A program made the position numbers and the translations under genes. A DNA stretch of 53,977 nt, counting the filler, from Pseudobdellovibrionaceae bacterium (GTDB lineage: Bacteria > Bdellovibrionota > Bdellovibrionia > Bdellovibrionales > UBA1609): NCBI GenBank assembly GCA_030591685.1. It is 2 parts of 2 records of this genome, joined end to end, with 100 filler letters (N's around TTAATTAATTAA, not from the genome) between each part and the next. Parts side by side here need not be neighbours in the genome. Positions count along the whole stretch, not along the records: positions 1 to 31,105 come from JAUVAX010000005.1; 1 more part is not named here. One strand, 5' to 3'. Shown piece by piece: positions 18,573 through 28,400 of this stretch. Each line of letters starts with the position of its first letter. Position 1 is the first letter of the stretch. The notes below the pieces were generated by a model. The model did no database searches and was not told where the DNA came from. It saw only the letters and a list, made by a program, of their open reading frames with translations.

Positions 18573-19702
18573 AATACCACCTCTGAGGGGCTTGTTTCAT
18601 TGAGGCCCTGTAAAGGTATGGCCTCAACAATTTCAAGCCCGTAGCCCTTTAAACCCACAAGTTTTTTAGGACTGTTTGAGATTAATTGAATCTCTTTTAC
18701 CCCTAAAGAGCGCAGTATTTGCGCCCCAACGCCATAGTCTCTTTGATCTACTTTTTTCATTTCAGCGGGGTTGTCAATAGTATCTACCTGTCGGGTCAAA
18801 GAGGGGCTCATATCATCTTGCCTTAAGTATACGAGAACACCACTTTTGTTTTTCTCAATCATTTTTAAAGATTTCAATAAGTCAGCCCTTGAGTCAGTTT
18901 GAGAGCAACCAAACACATCTCCAAGTATAGAGCCCCTATGCATTCTAACAAGGGTTGGTTGGTTTGGGTTTATTGAACCATGCACCAAGGCCATGTGTTC
19001 TTTTTGATCTAATTTATTTAAAAACACGTGAACATTAAAACCATTAACCGTATGGGAGTTGAGCTCAGAGGCGGTTTTCTCTTTAACGAAACTTTCATTT
19101 TCGCTGCGATACTGGATAAGAGCCTCAATGGTCCCGATTTTTAATTGGTGCTCTTTTGCGAATTTTTTTAACTCAGGCACTCGCGCCATTGTGCCATCAG
19201 GGTTCATGATTTCACAAATTGCAGCGGCTGGGTTACAGCCGGCAAGGGTGGCCAAGTCTACACTGGCCTCCGTGTGACCGGCTCGCTTTAATACCCCGCC
19301 CTTTCGAGCCTTTATAGGGAACACATGACCTGGGACCATAATGTCAGAGGCGGTCGACTGAGGGTCACTGGCCACTCGCATCGTATGGGCTCTGTCGGCC
19401 GCTGAAATACCAGTAGTGACTCCAGAAGAGGCCTCAATACTTACAGTAAATGCTGTACTATGAGGGGAGTTGTTAAATTCATCTTTAATCATCATAGACA
19501 AACCTAAACGCTTTGTTTGCTCTTCGGCCAAAGAAAGGCATATAAGCCCACGGGCTTGCGTGGCCATAAAATTAACAGAGGCTGCATTAATGTGGTCGGC
19601 CGCAATAACTAGGTCACCTTCGTTTTCACGATCTTCGTCGTCAAGCAAGATGACCATTTTACCATTTTTTATGTCTTCAATAAGCTCTGGCACAGTATTC
19701 AA
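18569..19702 (-). CDS. ribBA: DHBP synthase fused to a degenerate GTP cyclohydrolase II domain (RibBA/RibBX)
   Basis: DDEDRENEGD, GISAADRA and RAGHTEA motifs; C-terminal RDYGVGAQIL, but the Zn-binding Cys are missing. Confidence 0.92.
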   Translation of the reverse strand: MNTVPELIEDIKNGKMVILLDDEDRENEGDLVIAADHINAASVNFMATQARGLICLSLAEEQTKRLGLSMMIKDEFNNSPHSTAFTVSIEASSGVTTGISAADRAHTMRVASDPQSTASDIMVPGHVFPIKARKGGVLKRAGHTEASVDLATLAGCNPAAAICEIMNPDGTMARVPELKKFAKEHQLKIGTIEALIQYRSENESFVKEKTASELNSHTVNGFNVHVFLNKLDQKEHMALVHGSINPNQPTLVRMHRGSILGDVFGCSQTDSRADLLKSLKMIEKNKSGVLVYLRQDDMSPSLTRQVDTIDNPAEMKKVDQRDYGVGAQILRSLGVKEIQLISNSPKKLVGLKGYGLEIVEAIPLQGLNETSPSEVVL

Positions 19703-20310
19703 TGGGACCTCTTTTTGTTTTGGTCTAAATAGTTCACTAACCCTCGGGCCATGTTATCAAACTCAAGGTTTACTCGCTCGCCTGATTTTAAAAACTGTAG
19801 GTTCGTTTTTTTTAGAGTTTCAGGTATTAAGCAAATCTCAAAATAACTTTCGCCCACATTATTTATTGTAAGGCTCACACCATTTATAGCCACAGACCCC
19901 TTAGGCCAGACAAACAGCTGATACGCTTTATCAATGGCAACCCTAAACTCGCGACTGTTGGTGCCAAGGTTTGTGACACTCAATAGTTTGGCTGTACAAT
20001 CTACATGCCCTGTCACTAAATGGCCATGTATACGGTCATCATGGCGCAGAGACCTTTCTAGGTTAACCTTCATTGAAGAGAGCTGTTCTTTTGACCAACG
20101 GGTCACTTTTAAAGTTTCACTGGCTATAGAGAGGTCAATGTATTTGCCCTCAAAGGATTCGACGGTTAAACACACTCCGTTAACCGCCAAGGAGTCCCCC
20201 ACACTAAAATCATCAAAATGAGTGGGCCTTAAAATAGAAATTTTAAGTACACCAGCGTCGGCCTTAACATGGTCGATTGAACTCAATGTTTCAATAATTC
20301 CAGAAAACAT
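19699..20310 (-). CDS. ribE: Riboflavin synthase (alpha chain)
   Basis: MFSGII N-terminus, SLAVNGVCLTV, GHLVTGHVD and VNLE motifs. Confidence 0.95.
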   Translation of the reverse strand: MFSGIIETLSSIDHVKADAGVLKISILRPTHFDDFSVGDSLAVNGVCLTVESFEGKYIDLSIASETLKVTRWSKEQLSSMKVNLERSLRHDDRIHGHLVTGHVDCTAKLLSVTNLGTNSREFRVAIDKAYQLFVWPKGSVAINGVSLTINNVGESYFEICLIPETLKKTNLQFLKSGERVNLEFDNMARGLVNYLDQNKKRSH

Positions 20311-20550
20311 ATATAAAACCACCAAACTAGAAAAAAATTGAAATTATTACCCGGCTTTAAGCTCACTTATTAAGCCGTCTTAAAGCCAGATCTAAAAAAA
20401 CAACATTTGAAGGCCCAACTATTGTTTAAAAGACACACTTAACCTACAGTAAGGTTCAATTAAAACTCAAGCAAAAAGTATACATTTGTCTTTATTACTT
20501 AAAGCACTTCGTGATTTTAAGTTATTTTACCACCAACTCTAGAGGGCTTA

Positions 20551-21114
20551 ATGTTTTCATATTTTAATGACTTAAACTATCTGCTCAAAACAACCCCCTT
20601 TAACAAGCAGGTTTATAAATCCATTAGAGACTCAAAAGTCATGGTGCTCTGCCGAGCTTATAGCCCCTTTTTAGCCGGGACCATCCCTATTGAGATCAAC
20701 ATTGAAAGCAGCGACCTTGATATTATTTGCGAGTGCTATGATTTGGACCCATTTGATGAATTAATGGCTCAAAGCTACAAACACTTTTTGGGCTTTCGCC
20801 TTATAAAAAATAATGACCATCTTTCCGTTTGTCAGTTTATGTGTATGAATTTTAAATTTGAAGTCTTTGCCCAAGCAAAGCCTATTCAAGAGCAAAATGC
20901 GCCCGTACATATGCTTGTAGAATATGAACTTTTAAAACTTGGGGGTCAAAAATCAAAAGCAGGCATTAAGAGCTTAAAAAAACAGGGACTTAAAACTGAA
21001 CCGGCTTTTTGTGAGTACTTTAATTTCCCAGGGGACAGCTATAATGAACTTCTTAAACTCAAGGGGCCTCAAGGAGAACATTTAGCAAGGGTGATTCATT
21101 TTAATCCCTTTTAA
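20551..21114 (+). CDS. DUF4269 family protein (nucleotidyltransferase-like)
   Basis: LAGTIPIEINIESSDLDIIC, HMLVE and GLKTEPAF motifs. Confidence 0.8.
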   Translation: MFSYFNDLNYLLKTTPFNKQVYKSIRDSKVMVLCRAYSPFLAGTIPIEINIESSDLDIICECYDLDPFDELMAQSYKHFLGFRLIKNNDHLSVCQFMCMNFKFEVFAQAKPIQEQNAPVHMLVEYELLKLGGQKSKAGIKSLKKQGLKTEPAFCEYFNFPGDSYNELLKLKGPQGEHLARVIHFNPF

Positions 21115-21148
21115 CGAAGCGTGGTGGCCCTTAATTGTTTAATTTACG
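21071..21148 (+). repeat. Diverged direct repeat, copy 1
   Basis: Aligns to 22025-22108: CATTTAGCAAgGGTGATTCAtTTTAAT and an identical CCTTAATTGTTTAATTTACG. Confidence 0.85.
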
Positions 21149-21204
21149 TAAGCCAAGTAACTCGCGAGCTCAGACATTCTTAGCTTAATTGACCCGGCAC
21201 ACAT

Positions 21205-22035
21205 CTACTCGGCTTTTAATACGCGGAGTTCTGAGTTTCTGATAAATCCATATTTTCTATATAGCTCGATGGCGGACTTATTGTCGACCTGAACCAATAA
21301 GCTGAGGTCTTTGCCTTCGCCAAGGGCTAAGTCAGAAAGCTTGTTGAGCATCACCAGGGAAACCCCAGTACCCCTGAATTCGGGCCAAATATAAAACCGG
21401 CCAAACCAAAACCTTTTTTTACTGGGCAATGTGTTTGCAACAGCACCAATGATTTTACCAACCCTGTTTTTTAGCACATAAAAGCGATAGTCCGTATTCA
21501 CTATTATATTAGGAATAATCCAACTGGAGTCCATCTCTTTATTGAATGTATTATACCAATGCTTTAAAAAAACCTGACTTTTCTCCGTCTTCTCGATTTG
21601 AAGAAAATCAAATTCAACGTGTTCACTCGACCTAGATTTTATTTTGAGATTATAGTAATCAAACGAGAAGCTCTCCCTAAAGGAGGGATCTACAGCTTGC
21701 AGGCGCTCCATAATAGGTTTAGTTGTAAACAAACTCGCTGACCTTAATGCTTGTTGATCAAAATTTTTAAGAAGATGATCTACTGCAAAAACAGGGTCAC
21801 TACCATAAAGGTGAATAGTGCCATCAGCACTAACAAACGCAGTTGATTTTTTAGGTTGCTCTGAGAACAATATTTTAATTTCACCAGTATTGTTACTTAG
21901 CTTATCCCAGTTCAAATCCAGGTAATTAATACCTTCAAATGAAGAGTCGCTTAGTTCATTTAAAATAGTGTTCTGGTTCATAAACAGTATTTTACACGAC
22001 ATTGAGTAACATTCCATAGAAAAAAGGGCGAGCAT
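21205..22035 (-). CDS. GNAT family N-acetyltransferase (start may be 22002 or 21981)
   Basis: FYIWPEFRGTG (motif A) and NKSAIELYRKYGF (motif B). Confidence 0.8.
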   Translation of the reverse strand: MLALFSMECYSMSCKILFMNQNTILNELSDSSFEGINYLDLNWDKLSNNTGEIKILFSEQPKKSTAFVSADGTIHLYGSDPVFAVDHLLKNFDQQALRSASLFTTKPIMERLQAVDPSFRESFSFDYYNLKIKSRSSEHVEFDFLQIEKTEKSQVFLKHWYNTFNKEMDSSWIIPNIIVNTDYRFYVLKNRVGKIIGAVANTLPSKKRFWFGRFYIWPEFRGTGVSLVMLNKLSDLALGEGKDLSLLVQVDNKSAIELYRKYGFIRNSELRVLKAE

Positions 22036-22108
22036 TTAGCAAAGGTGATTCACTTTAATAAATGAGTCCTTTAGCAAGGTGTTATAGTCCTTAATTGTTT
22101 AATTTACG
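22025..22108 (+). repeat. Diverged direct repeat, copy 2
   Basis: Same sequence as 21071-21148 with a 6-nt insertion; the 20-bp core at 22089-22108 is identical. Confidence 0.85.
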
Positions 22109-22926
22109 AGACTGAGCCCCATATATACATCGTCAAAATACAATGTACGTTCGACAACATTGGGGTTTACATCATTGCCATTTTTCCATCCACTTTTGTA
22201 CATGCCAAATTTCCAATAAATATTTTGATCAGGCCTCATGTTTGAAATATTAGTGCCCGAAGTAACTAATTCTGTATTTACAAACGCCTCTGTAATACCA
22301 GAATTTGATGACGAAAATAAATGATGAACAGCAATGTTCATCCACTGCCCCTTAGTTTTAGGTATAGTAATGTTATCAATTCCTTGACCCATGATTTCGA
22401 GTTTATCACCAACAGATCTAACAAGAAAAGGCACCCCTGGTGAGTTATGGTCACCATGTAGTTGCCAGATAATTTCATATTCAGAGTCATCAATATAGTC
22501 ATTTGGGAAGTATACGCTTAAAGCCAGCCAAACCTCATCCCCCTCAGAAAAGTACCCAATATTTTGTGGAGACGAATACTCACTCCGCGGCCCGTTTGCA
22601 ACATATGGGTCATCTTTATGCACATAAACCCTAAGCACTCTTTCTCCGGCATGAGGGGCGCTGAACGTTGTACTTAAAAGGTGGTCATCAACGGCGGTTT
22701 GCTTTTGCCACTCAATATTTAAGCCTTCACCATCCTCCTCAAATCCATCATGTAAAATTTCAACAGCATCTGACATAAATTGTTCTAGAAAAACGATAGA
22801 CTCTGAGGATTTAGGCCCTGCTTCATCGACAGCTTTTGGCACTTGCTTTATTGACTCACAGTTTTGATAAACTAAAACAAATGTTAATAAAATTAAAATT
22901 GCAGATATTTTTTTTGTGACCTGAAT
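22099..22926 (-). CDS. Secreted polysaccharide lyase-like (heparin lyase I/PL7-like jelly-roll) protein
   Basis: RSE, IIWQLH and YWKFGMYK...YFDDV motifs. The frame stays open upstream of GTG 22842 and encodes a signal ending YQNC; proposed ATT start at 22926. Confidence 0.72.
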   Translation of the reverse strand: MQVTKKISAILILLTFVLVYQNCESIKQVPKAVDEAGPKSSESIVFLEQFMSDAVEILHDGFEEDGEGLNIEWQKQTAVDDHLLSTTFSAPHAGERVLRVYVHKDDPYVANGPRSEYSSPQNIGYFSEGDEVWLALSVYFPNDYIDDSEYEIIWQLHGDHNSPGVPFLVRSVGDKLEIMGQGIDNITIPKTKGQWMNIAVHHLFSSSNSGITEAFVNTELVTSGTNISNMRPDQNIYWKFGMYKSGWKNGNDVNPNVVERTLYFDDVYMGLSLVN

Positions 22927-23159
22927 AACCAGCCCCCTTATTTGAAACCTATTGTATCATATCTAAGCAAACATAGGGAGCGCTACCTTTAAAGTGGTCA
23001 CCTAGATATCAAAGGACGTATAACTAAAATAAAAATTCCCCATAAAAACTTTAGTTGCCCTACTTTGAGACAAAACTTAACTTAGAAAGGCTCCTACTAT
23101 TATCCTGTCGCTTAACAGGCTTCTTTTGCGCCCCAAGTTATATTAAAAAAATAGATATA

Positions 23160-25745
23160 TTATTTATACTTAAAAGTTAGCTTTATATCAGTGGCGGTTA
23201 CGTTTACGACTTGCCCTTCTTTGAGTACACCAGAAATTAAATCTTTTGCTAAGTGATCTATGATTTCTTTTTGAATCACTCTCTTTAAAGGCCTGGCGCC
23301 ATAAATGGGGTCAAAGCCTTTTTTAGTAAGGAGTGCAATGGCTTTATCATTAACGTTAAAGGTAATCCCTCGCCCCTCGAGCCGCTTTTCAAATTCAGCC
23401 AGTTGAATTTTAACAATGTTGCCGATTTGATCTTCACTTAAACTATTAAAGGTCACTATTTCATCAACACGGTTTAAAAACTCAGGCCTAAAGTGATCTT
23501 TAAGGGCCTGGTCAACGGCTTGAGACTTTTCTTTGTCTGAGAGTGTAGCGTCTATCAATGAGTGAGACCCAATATTTGAGGTCATCACTACCACTGTATT
23601 TTTAAAATCCACAGTGCGGCCCTGGCCGTCAGTTAACCGGCCATCGTCTAGTACCTGGAGAAGGACATTAAACACGTCCACATGGGCCTTTTCAACTTCA
23701 TCCAGTAAGACAATACTATAGGGGCGACGACGGACCGCTTCGGTCAACTGCCCACCCTCTTCGTAACCAACATAGCCCGGAGGGGCACCTATGAGCCGAC
23801 TGACTGAGTGTTTCTCCATATACTCACTCATATCGACCCTGACAATAGCGTCTTCTGAGTCGAATAAAAATTCAGCTAGAGCTTTTACGGTTTCGGTTTT
23901 ACCTACGCCTGTAGGGCCTAAAAACATAAAACTACCGATGGGCTTATTGGGGTCGGAGAGCTCAGCACGAGACCTTATAACGGCGTTTGAAACAAGCTCT
24001 AGAGCTTGATCTTGACCCACGACACGATTTTTTAATATCTCACTCATCTTGAGGAATTTTTGCATTTCAGACTCAAGCATTTTTTGCACAGGGACCCCTG
24101 TCCATTTAGCAACCACTTCGGCGATCTCTTCAGGACCGACCTCTTCTTTTAAGAGTTGGTTTTCGCCCTTTTTACTGGACACCTCCTGAATTAAATCTTC
24201 AAGCTGTTGCTCCAGCGCCGGGAGTCGGCCATATTTAAGTTCAGCCGCTCGCTCTAGGTTGCTTTCTCTTTCGGATCGATCTATTTCAAGCTTTACACTT
24301 TCTATTTCTTCTTTTGTTTTTTTAAGATCAACGATCCCATGTTTTTCACTATCCCACTGGGCTTGAAGCTCTGCAATATTCGTAGAGAGTACTGAGAGTT
24401 CTGTCTTAATTTCACCCAGTCGATCTTTTGCCGAAGCCTCTGACTCTTTTTTAAGAGCCTGCTCCTCAATTTGTAGTTGAGTTTTCTTTCTGATGAGTTC
24501 ATCTATCACCGAAGGGACGCTGTTGATCTCAATACTTAACTTACTGGCCGCTTCGTCGATTAAATCTATGGCCTTATCGGGTAAAAATCGACTGGTGATA
24601 TATCGGTCTGACAACTTTACAGCCTGAACAATAGCTGAGTCTGTAATACGCACCCCATGATGAACCTCGTATTTATCTTTAAGACCCCTTAATATAGTTA
24701 TAGCGTCGGCCACATTGGGCTCAGCCACAAGAACGGTTTGAAAGCGTCGCTCTAGGGCTTTGTCTTTTTCAATGTATTTTCGGTATTCGTCTAAAGTGGT
24801 GGCTCCGATACATCTTAGTTCACCTCGAGCCAGAGCGGGTTTTAGTATTTGCCCGGCATCCATAGCGCCTTCAGTTTTACCGGCTCCTACTAGTGTATGC
24901 ATTTCGTCTATAAATAAAATAATTTGACCATCACTCGTTGTGACCTCTTTGATTACTGCTTTTAAGCGGTCTTCGAACTCACCCCTATACTTAGCGCCAG
25001 CCACTAAAGAACCTATGTCGAGTGCCATTAATTTTTTACCAAATAAAATCTGAGGTACATCCTCGTTTATAATCCGAAGAGCTAACCCTTCAGCAATGGC
25101 TGTTTTACCAACCCCTGGCTCACCAATAAGCACAGGGTTGTTTTTTGTTCTACGAGATAAAACCTGGATCACTCGGCGTATTTCTTCGTCTCGACCGACG
25201 ACAGGGTCTAACTTGCCCTCTTCGGCTAACTCAGTGAGGTCGCGGGCGTATTTTTTTAACACTTCATATTTATTTTCGGGACTATCATCGGTCACTTTTT
25301 GTGCTCCTCTTACTTCAGATAAATTAGACTTAAATTTATCTAAGTTTACATCAGACTTTTGAAAGATTCTAATTATTTTATCAGGACCCATTTTGTAAAG
25401 AGATAATATAAAATGCTCTGTTGATATGTAGGAGTCCCCCATATCTTTAGCCTGAGAATCGGCCTCTTTAAATAACTTAATTAAAGGCTGGCTGGGGTAA
25501 ACCTTAGCCGAAGACCCAACGGCCTCTGGCAACTCCTTTAAAAGGGCCTCAAACTCTGAAATAAGAGAGGCGACATTGGCCCCTGACTTTTCAAACACAC
25601 GGGGCACAGTGCCCCCTCTTTCAGTTAAAAGGGCGTAGACTAAGTGAACAGGGTCAACGGTGGGGTGAGTGCGATCCTCAGCCAGCTGGGCGGCAACTTG
25701 CATGGCTTTTTGTGAGCTAATTGTCATTTTTTCTATATTATCCAT
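23160..25745 (-). CDS. clpB: ATP-dependent chaperone ClpB
   Basis: Two AAA+ modules ([16 protein letters not shown]), long coiled-coil M domain (AAELKYG), 861 aa. Confidence 0.97.
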   Translation of the reverse strand: MDNIEKMTISSQKAMQVAAQLAEDRTHPTVDPVHLVYALLTERGGTVPRVFEKSGANVASLISEFEALLKELPEAVGSSAKVYPSQPLIKLFKEADSQAKDMGDSYISTEHFILSLYKMGPDKIIRIFQKSDVNLDKFKSNLSEVRGAQKVTDDSPENKYEVLKKYARDLTELAEEGKLDPVVGRDEEIRRVIQVLSRRTKNNPVLIGEPGVGKTAIAEGLALRIINEDVPQILFGKKLMALDIGSLVAGAKYRGEFEDRLKAVIKEVTTSDGQIILFIDEMHTLVGAGKTEGAMDAGQILKPALARGELRCIGATTLDEYRKYIEKDKALERRFQTVLVAEPNVADAITILRGLKDKYEVHHGVRITDSAIVQAVKLSDRYITSRFLPDKAIDLIDEAASKLSIEINSVPSVIDELIRKKTQLQIEEQALKKESEASAKDRLGEIKTELSVLSTNIAELQAQWDSEKHGIVDLKKTKEEIESVKLEIDRSERESNLERAAELKYGRLPALEQQLEDLIQEVSSKKGENQLLKEEVGPEEIAEVVAKWTGVPVQKMLESEMQKFLKMSEILKNRVVGQDQALELVSNAVIRSRAELSDPNKPIGSFMFLGPTGVGKTETVKALAEFLFDSEDAIVRVDMSEYMEKHSVSRLIGAPPGYVGYEEGGQLTEAVRRRPYSIVLLDEVEKAHVDVFNVLLQVLDDGRLTDGQGRTVDFKNTVVVMTSNIGSHSLIDATLSDKEKSQAVDQALKDHFRPEFLNRVDEIVTFNSLSEDQIGNIVKIQLAEFEKRLEGRGITFNVNDKAIALLTKKGFDPIYGARPLKRVIQKEIIDHLAKDLISGVLKEGQVVNVTATDIKLTFKYK

Positions 25746-25849
25746 GGATGACCTCTTTATACCTTAGAACAAAAATGCTATGGTTTTCATTGAATAATTA
25801 CACTTACTCTAATAACAATGTGTGCCTGCATTTAAGGATGTCAATACCG

Positions 25850-26080
25850 ATGAAAAAAAATACACCGGCCCCGCTTAAAAAGGGCATCATCAAAGACCCC
25901 GTGGCCCCTCAGGACCTCTTGAGTTTTGCGCACTACTGTGAATGTTGTAGCTACTTTAATAGCCCTAAGGCCACGTGCTCTCTTGAGCATAATACCGAGC
26001 TACACCTAAAAAAAAATCAGCTTAAATCCTACAGTATGGGCGGCAAAATGGCCCTTTGTCGAAACCTAGAGATTGATTAA
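25850..26080 (+). CDS. Small Cys/His-rich hypothetical protein
   Basis: CECCSYF...C...H...C pattern; stop is 5 nt before the next gene; start uncertain (25838 or 25850). Confidence 0.6.
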   Translation: MKKNTPAPLKKGIIKDPVAPQDLLSFAHYCECCSYFNSPKATCSLEHNTELHLKKNQLKSYSMGGKMALCRNLEID

Positions 26081-26085
26081 GGTTT

Positions 26086-27024
26086 ATGTTTAATATTGAT
26101 ATAATTTTTATATTTTTTGGCCTTCTGTTTATAACCCTTGTTGTATTTGGTATTTGGTTTTATATAAAAAAGCGGCCAAAGGCCATCCCCCCAAGAGATG
26201 CCTACCTCCCCCCTTTTAAAACACTCACCACAGGTAAGTTTAAGATCAACTATGTTCAGCAGGGCCAGGGCCCTGATTTAGTTTTGCTCCATGGGCTCGG
26301 CGCCTCGGTTTATATTTGGAGATTTATATTTAAATCCCTTGCTAAAAACTACAGGGTTACAGCTATTGATTTACCTGGGTTTGGCTCTTCAACAAAAGAC
26401 CCAACAGCAAAATATGGCCTTGATGAGCAAACAAATCGACTGATCGATATTTTAAACCAATTAAACATTCAAAGTCTTCAGTTTATCGGGAGCTCTATGG
26501 GCGGAGCACTGGCCCTGTGGATGGCTGTTAGGTGCCCCGAACGTATTAAAAATGTTATCGCCCTAGCCCCGGCAACAAACAGAAAACTTGTAAAAATAAG
26601 CCCTATGCCGTTAATGAAAATTGCACGTCAACTACATAGCTATGTGCTTGGAAAAAAGCTCATCGCATTTATTTGTAAGCTCATTTATTATAATGACTCT
26701 TTTGTTACCGACAAAGATCTGGATAACCATTTTTCGCCCTACAAGGGACAGCCCGAAGCCCTGCGCACCTTTATTTTAGCAACAGAGTTGATTACTGACA
26801 AAAGGCTACCCTTAGAGCTTAAAGCCGTTTCTTGCCCTGTTACTCTTGTTCGGGGTAGCAAGGATCTTATTGTGCCCCTTAGGTTTATGAATGAATTAAA
26901 TAAAACTATTCCGCATTGTCACCTCATAAAAATACCCAATTCGGGCCATCACCCTATGGAAGAAAGTCCTGGAGAATGTGTCAAAATACTGTATGAGAAC
27001 CTTCTTAAAGACCAAAGGTCTTAA
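26086..27024 (+). CDS. Membrane-anchored alpha/beta hydrolase
   Basis: N-terminal TM, LLHGLG, DLPGFG, GSSMGG nucleophile elbow, D...GHHP. Confidence 0.92.
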   Translation: MFNIDIIFIFFGLLFITLVVFGIWFYIKKRPKAIPPRDAYLPPFKTLTTGKFKINYVQQGQGPDLVLLHGLGASVYIWRFIFKSLAKNYRVTAIDLPGFGSSTKDPTAKYGLDEQTNRLIDILNQLNIQSLQFIGSSMGGALALWMAVRCPERIKNVIALAPATNRKLVKISPMPLMKIARQLHSYVLGKKLIAFICKLIYYNDSFVTDKDLDNHFSPYKGQPEALRTFILATELITDKRLPLELKAVSCPVTLVRGSKDLIVPLRFMNELNKTIPHCHLIKIPNSGHHPMEESPGECVKILYENLLKDQRS

Positions 27025-27153
27025 TTTATTTTTTGACTGTTAATAAAAACTAGACACATCAAAGGTTTTGATTTCAAAATCAAAGTCTTAGGACCTAGAT
27101 AGTTCTTAAGGCCAAGTTTAGAGGGATATTTGACGTTTTAGTCAGAAGTCCTG

Positions 27154-27181
27154 TCAAGATCAACTCAACCTCTGTCGAAAG
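27154..27181 (+). promoter_or_regulatory. Putative sigma28 promoter of flagellin
   Basis: TCAA-N16-GTCGAAAG, ~215 nt upstream of the flagellin ATG. Confidence 0.45.
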
Positions 27182-27248
27182 ATTTAATGTAAGCAGTGCT
27201 GTTGCAGCCTCTTACATGAATAAGGGTGAAAGTATTTAACTGTTAATA

Positions 27249-27390
27249 AAGGAGGTTTCAAGGAAGATAACAAATCAAGGAATAGATAGGGAAAACTCCC
27301 TAAATAAATATGGCCAGGACGCCAACCCAATTATGGGAATTAACAAGGAGGTAAGTATGATTAGAGATTATAAATTTTAATTGAGAGGAA
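27249..27390 (+). promoter_or_regulatory. GGA-rich flagellin leader (putative CsrA sites)
   Basis: Eight GGA motifs in ~140 nt, including GGC-CAGGAC-GCC with GGA in the loop. Confidence 0.55.
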
Positions 27391-27396
27391 TAAAAA

Positions 27397-28230
27397 ATGG
27401 GATTCAGAGTTTCAACAAACATAGCCGCGATAAACGCGCAAAGAAATTTAAGCCAAGGTCAGTTAAGAATAAACTCAAGTTTAAGCAAACTAGCCAGTGG
27501 TAGTCGTATTAACAAAGCTGCCGACGATGCTGCCGGACTAGCTATCAGTGAAAACTTAAAGGGTCAAATTAGATCTACTCGTCAAGCCAACAGAAACGCC
27601 AACGATGGTATATCAATGGTGCAAGTGGCTGAGGGCGGACTTAATGAAATAGGAAACATCATTGTAAGACTCAGAGAACTAGGTATCCAAGCCGCTTCTG
27701 ACACCGTAGGTGATTCAGAGAGAAGCTTTGTGGATAAGGAAGTTCAACAGCTTAAAGAGGAAATCAATCGTATATCTAATGTAACAACCTGGGGTGAAAC
27801 AAAATTATTAGATGGCTCTAGCCCGACTTTTGATTTTCAGGTGGGTATATTTAATGATGAATTAAACGATAGAATCGGCTATGACGCTGGCGAAAACGCA
27901 GCGACATTAGATGATTTATCCCTAGGAAGTCTTGATTACTCTACTAAAGAAGGGGCTCAGGAGGCACTCTCTTTACTTGATGAATCGCAACTTAATGTAA
28001 ACGGAATGAGAGCCGGTCTTGGTGCATTACAAAACAGGCTTACATCTACAGTCAGTAACCTGCAAATTGCTGAAGAGAACCTTTCAGCTGCAAACAGTCG
28101 AATTCGTGATACGGATGTGGCCAATGCTTCTGCAGAACTCACAAAGAATAATATTTTATTACAAGCTGCAACATCAACTTTAGCTCAAGCCAATCAGTTT
28201 AATGCGATTGCCTTAAAGCTAATAGGATAA
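27397..28230 (+). CDS. fliC: Flagellin (short, 277 aa)
   Basis: LASGSRINKAADDAAGLAI, LGALQNRL and SRIRDTDVA motifs. Confidence 0.97.
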   Translation: MGFRVSTNIAAINAQRNLSQGQLRINSSLSKLASGSRINKAADDAAGLAISENLKGQIRSTRQANRNANDGISMVQVAEGGLNEIGNIIVRLRELGIQAASDTVGDSERSFVDKEVQQLKEEINRISNVTTWGETKLLDGSSPTFDFQVGIFNDELNDRIGYDAGENAATLDDLSLGSLDYSTKEGAQEALSLLDESQLNVNGMRAGLGALQNRLTSTVSNLQIAEENLSAANSRIRDTDVANASAELTKNNILLQAATSTLAQANQFNAIALKLIG

Positions 28231-28268
28231 CAGTTAAATAAACACACCCAATACTAAGTACGAGTACT

Positions 28269-28299
28269 GAGCCTAGTCCTAGACTAGGCTCTTTTTTTT
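28269..28299 (+). terminator. Rho-independent terminator of flagellin
   Basis: GAGCCTAGTC-cta-GACTAGGCTC followed by T8. Confidence 0.9.
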
Positions 28300-28400
28300 A
28301 TTTGATTTGCGTTAATTGAGATTTACACTTTAAATTATACCATTTACTGGATTATATTATATATGGAAACTTTTTAAAAAAGAAAAAGGGGTTAATTAGT

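Noticed and set aside
20326..20550. FMN riboswitch upstream of ribE
   Set aside because: Only a GGCTTTAAG/CTTAAAGCC inverted repeat is present; the conserved RFN motifs are absent.
25746..25850. CIRCE or other heat-shock operator upstream of clpB
   Set aside because: No TTAGCACTC-N9-GAGTGCTAA repeat is present.
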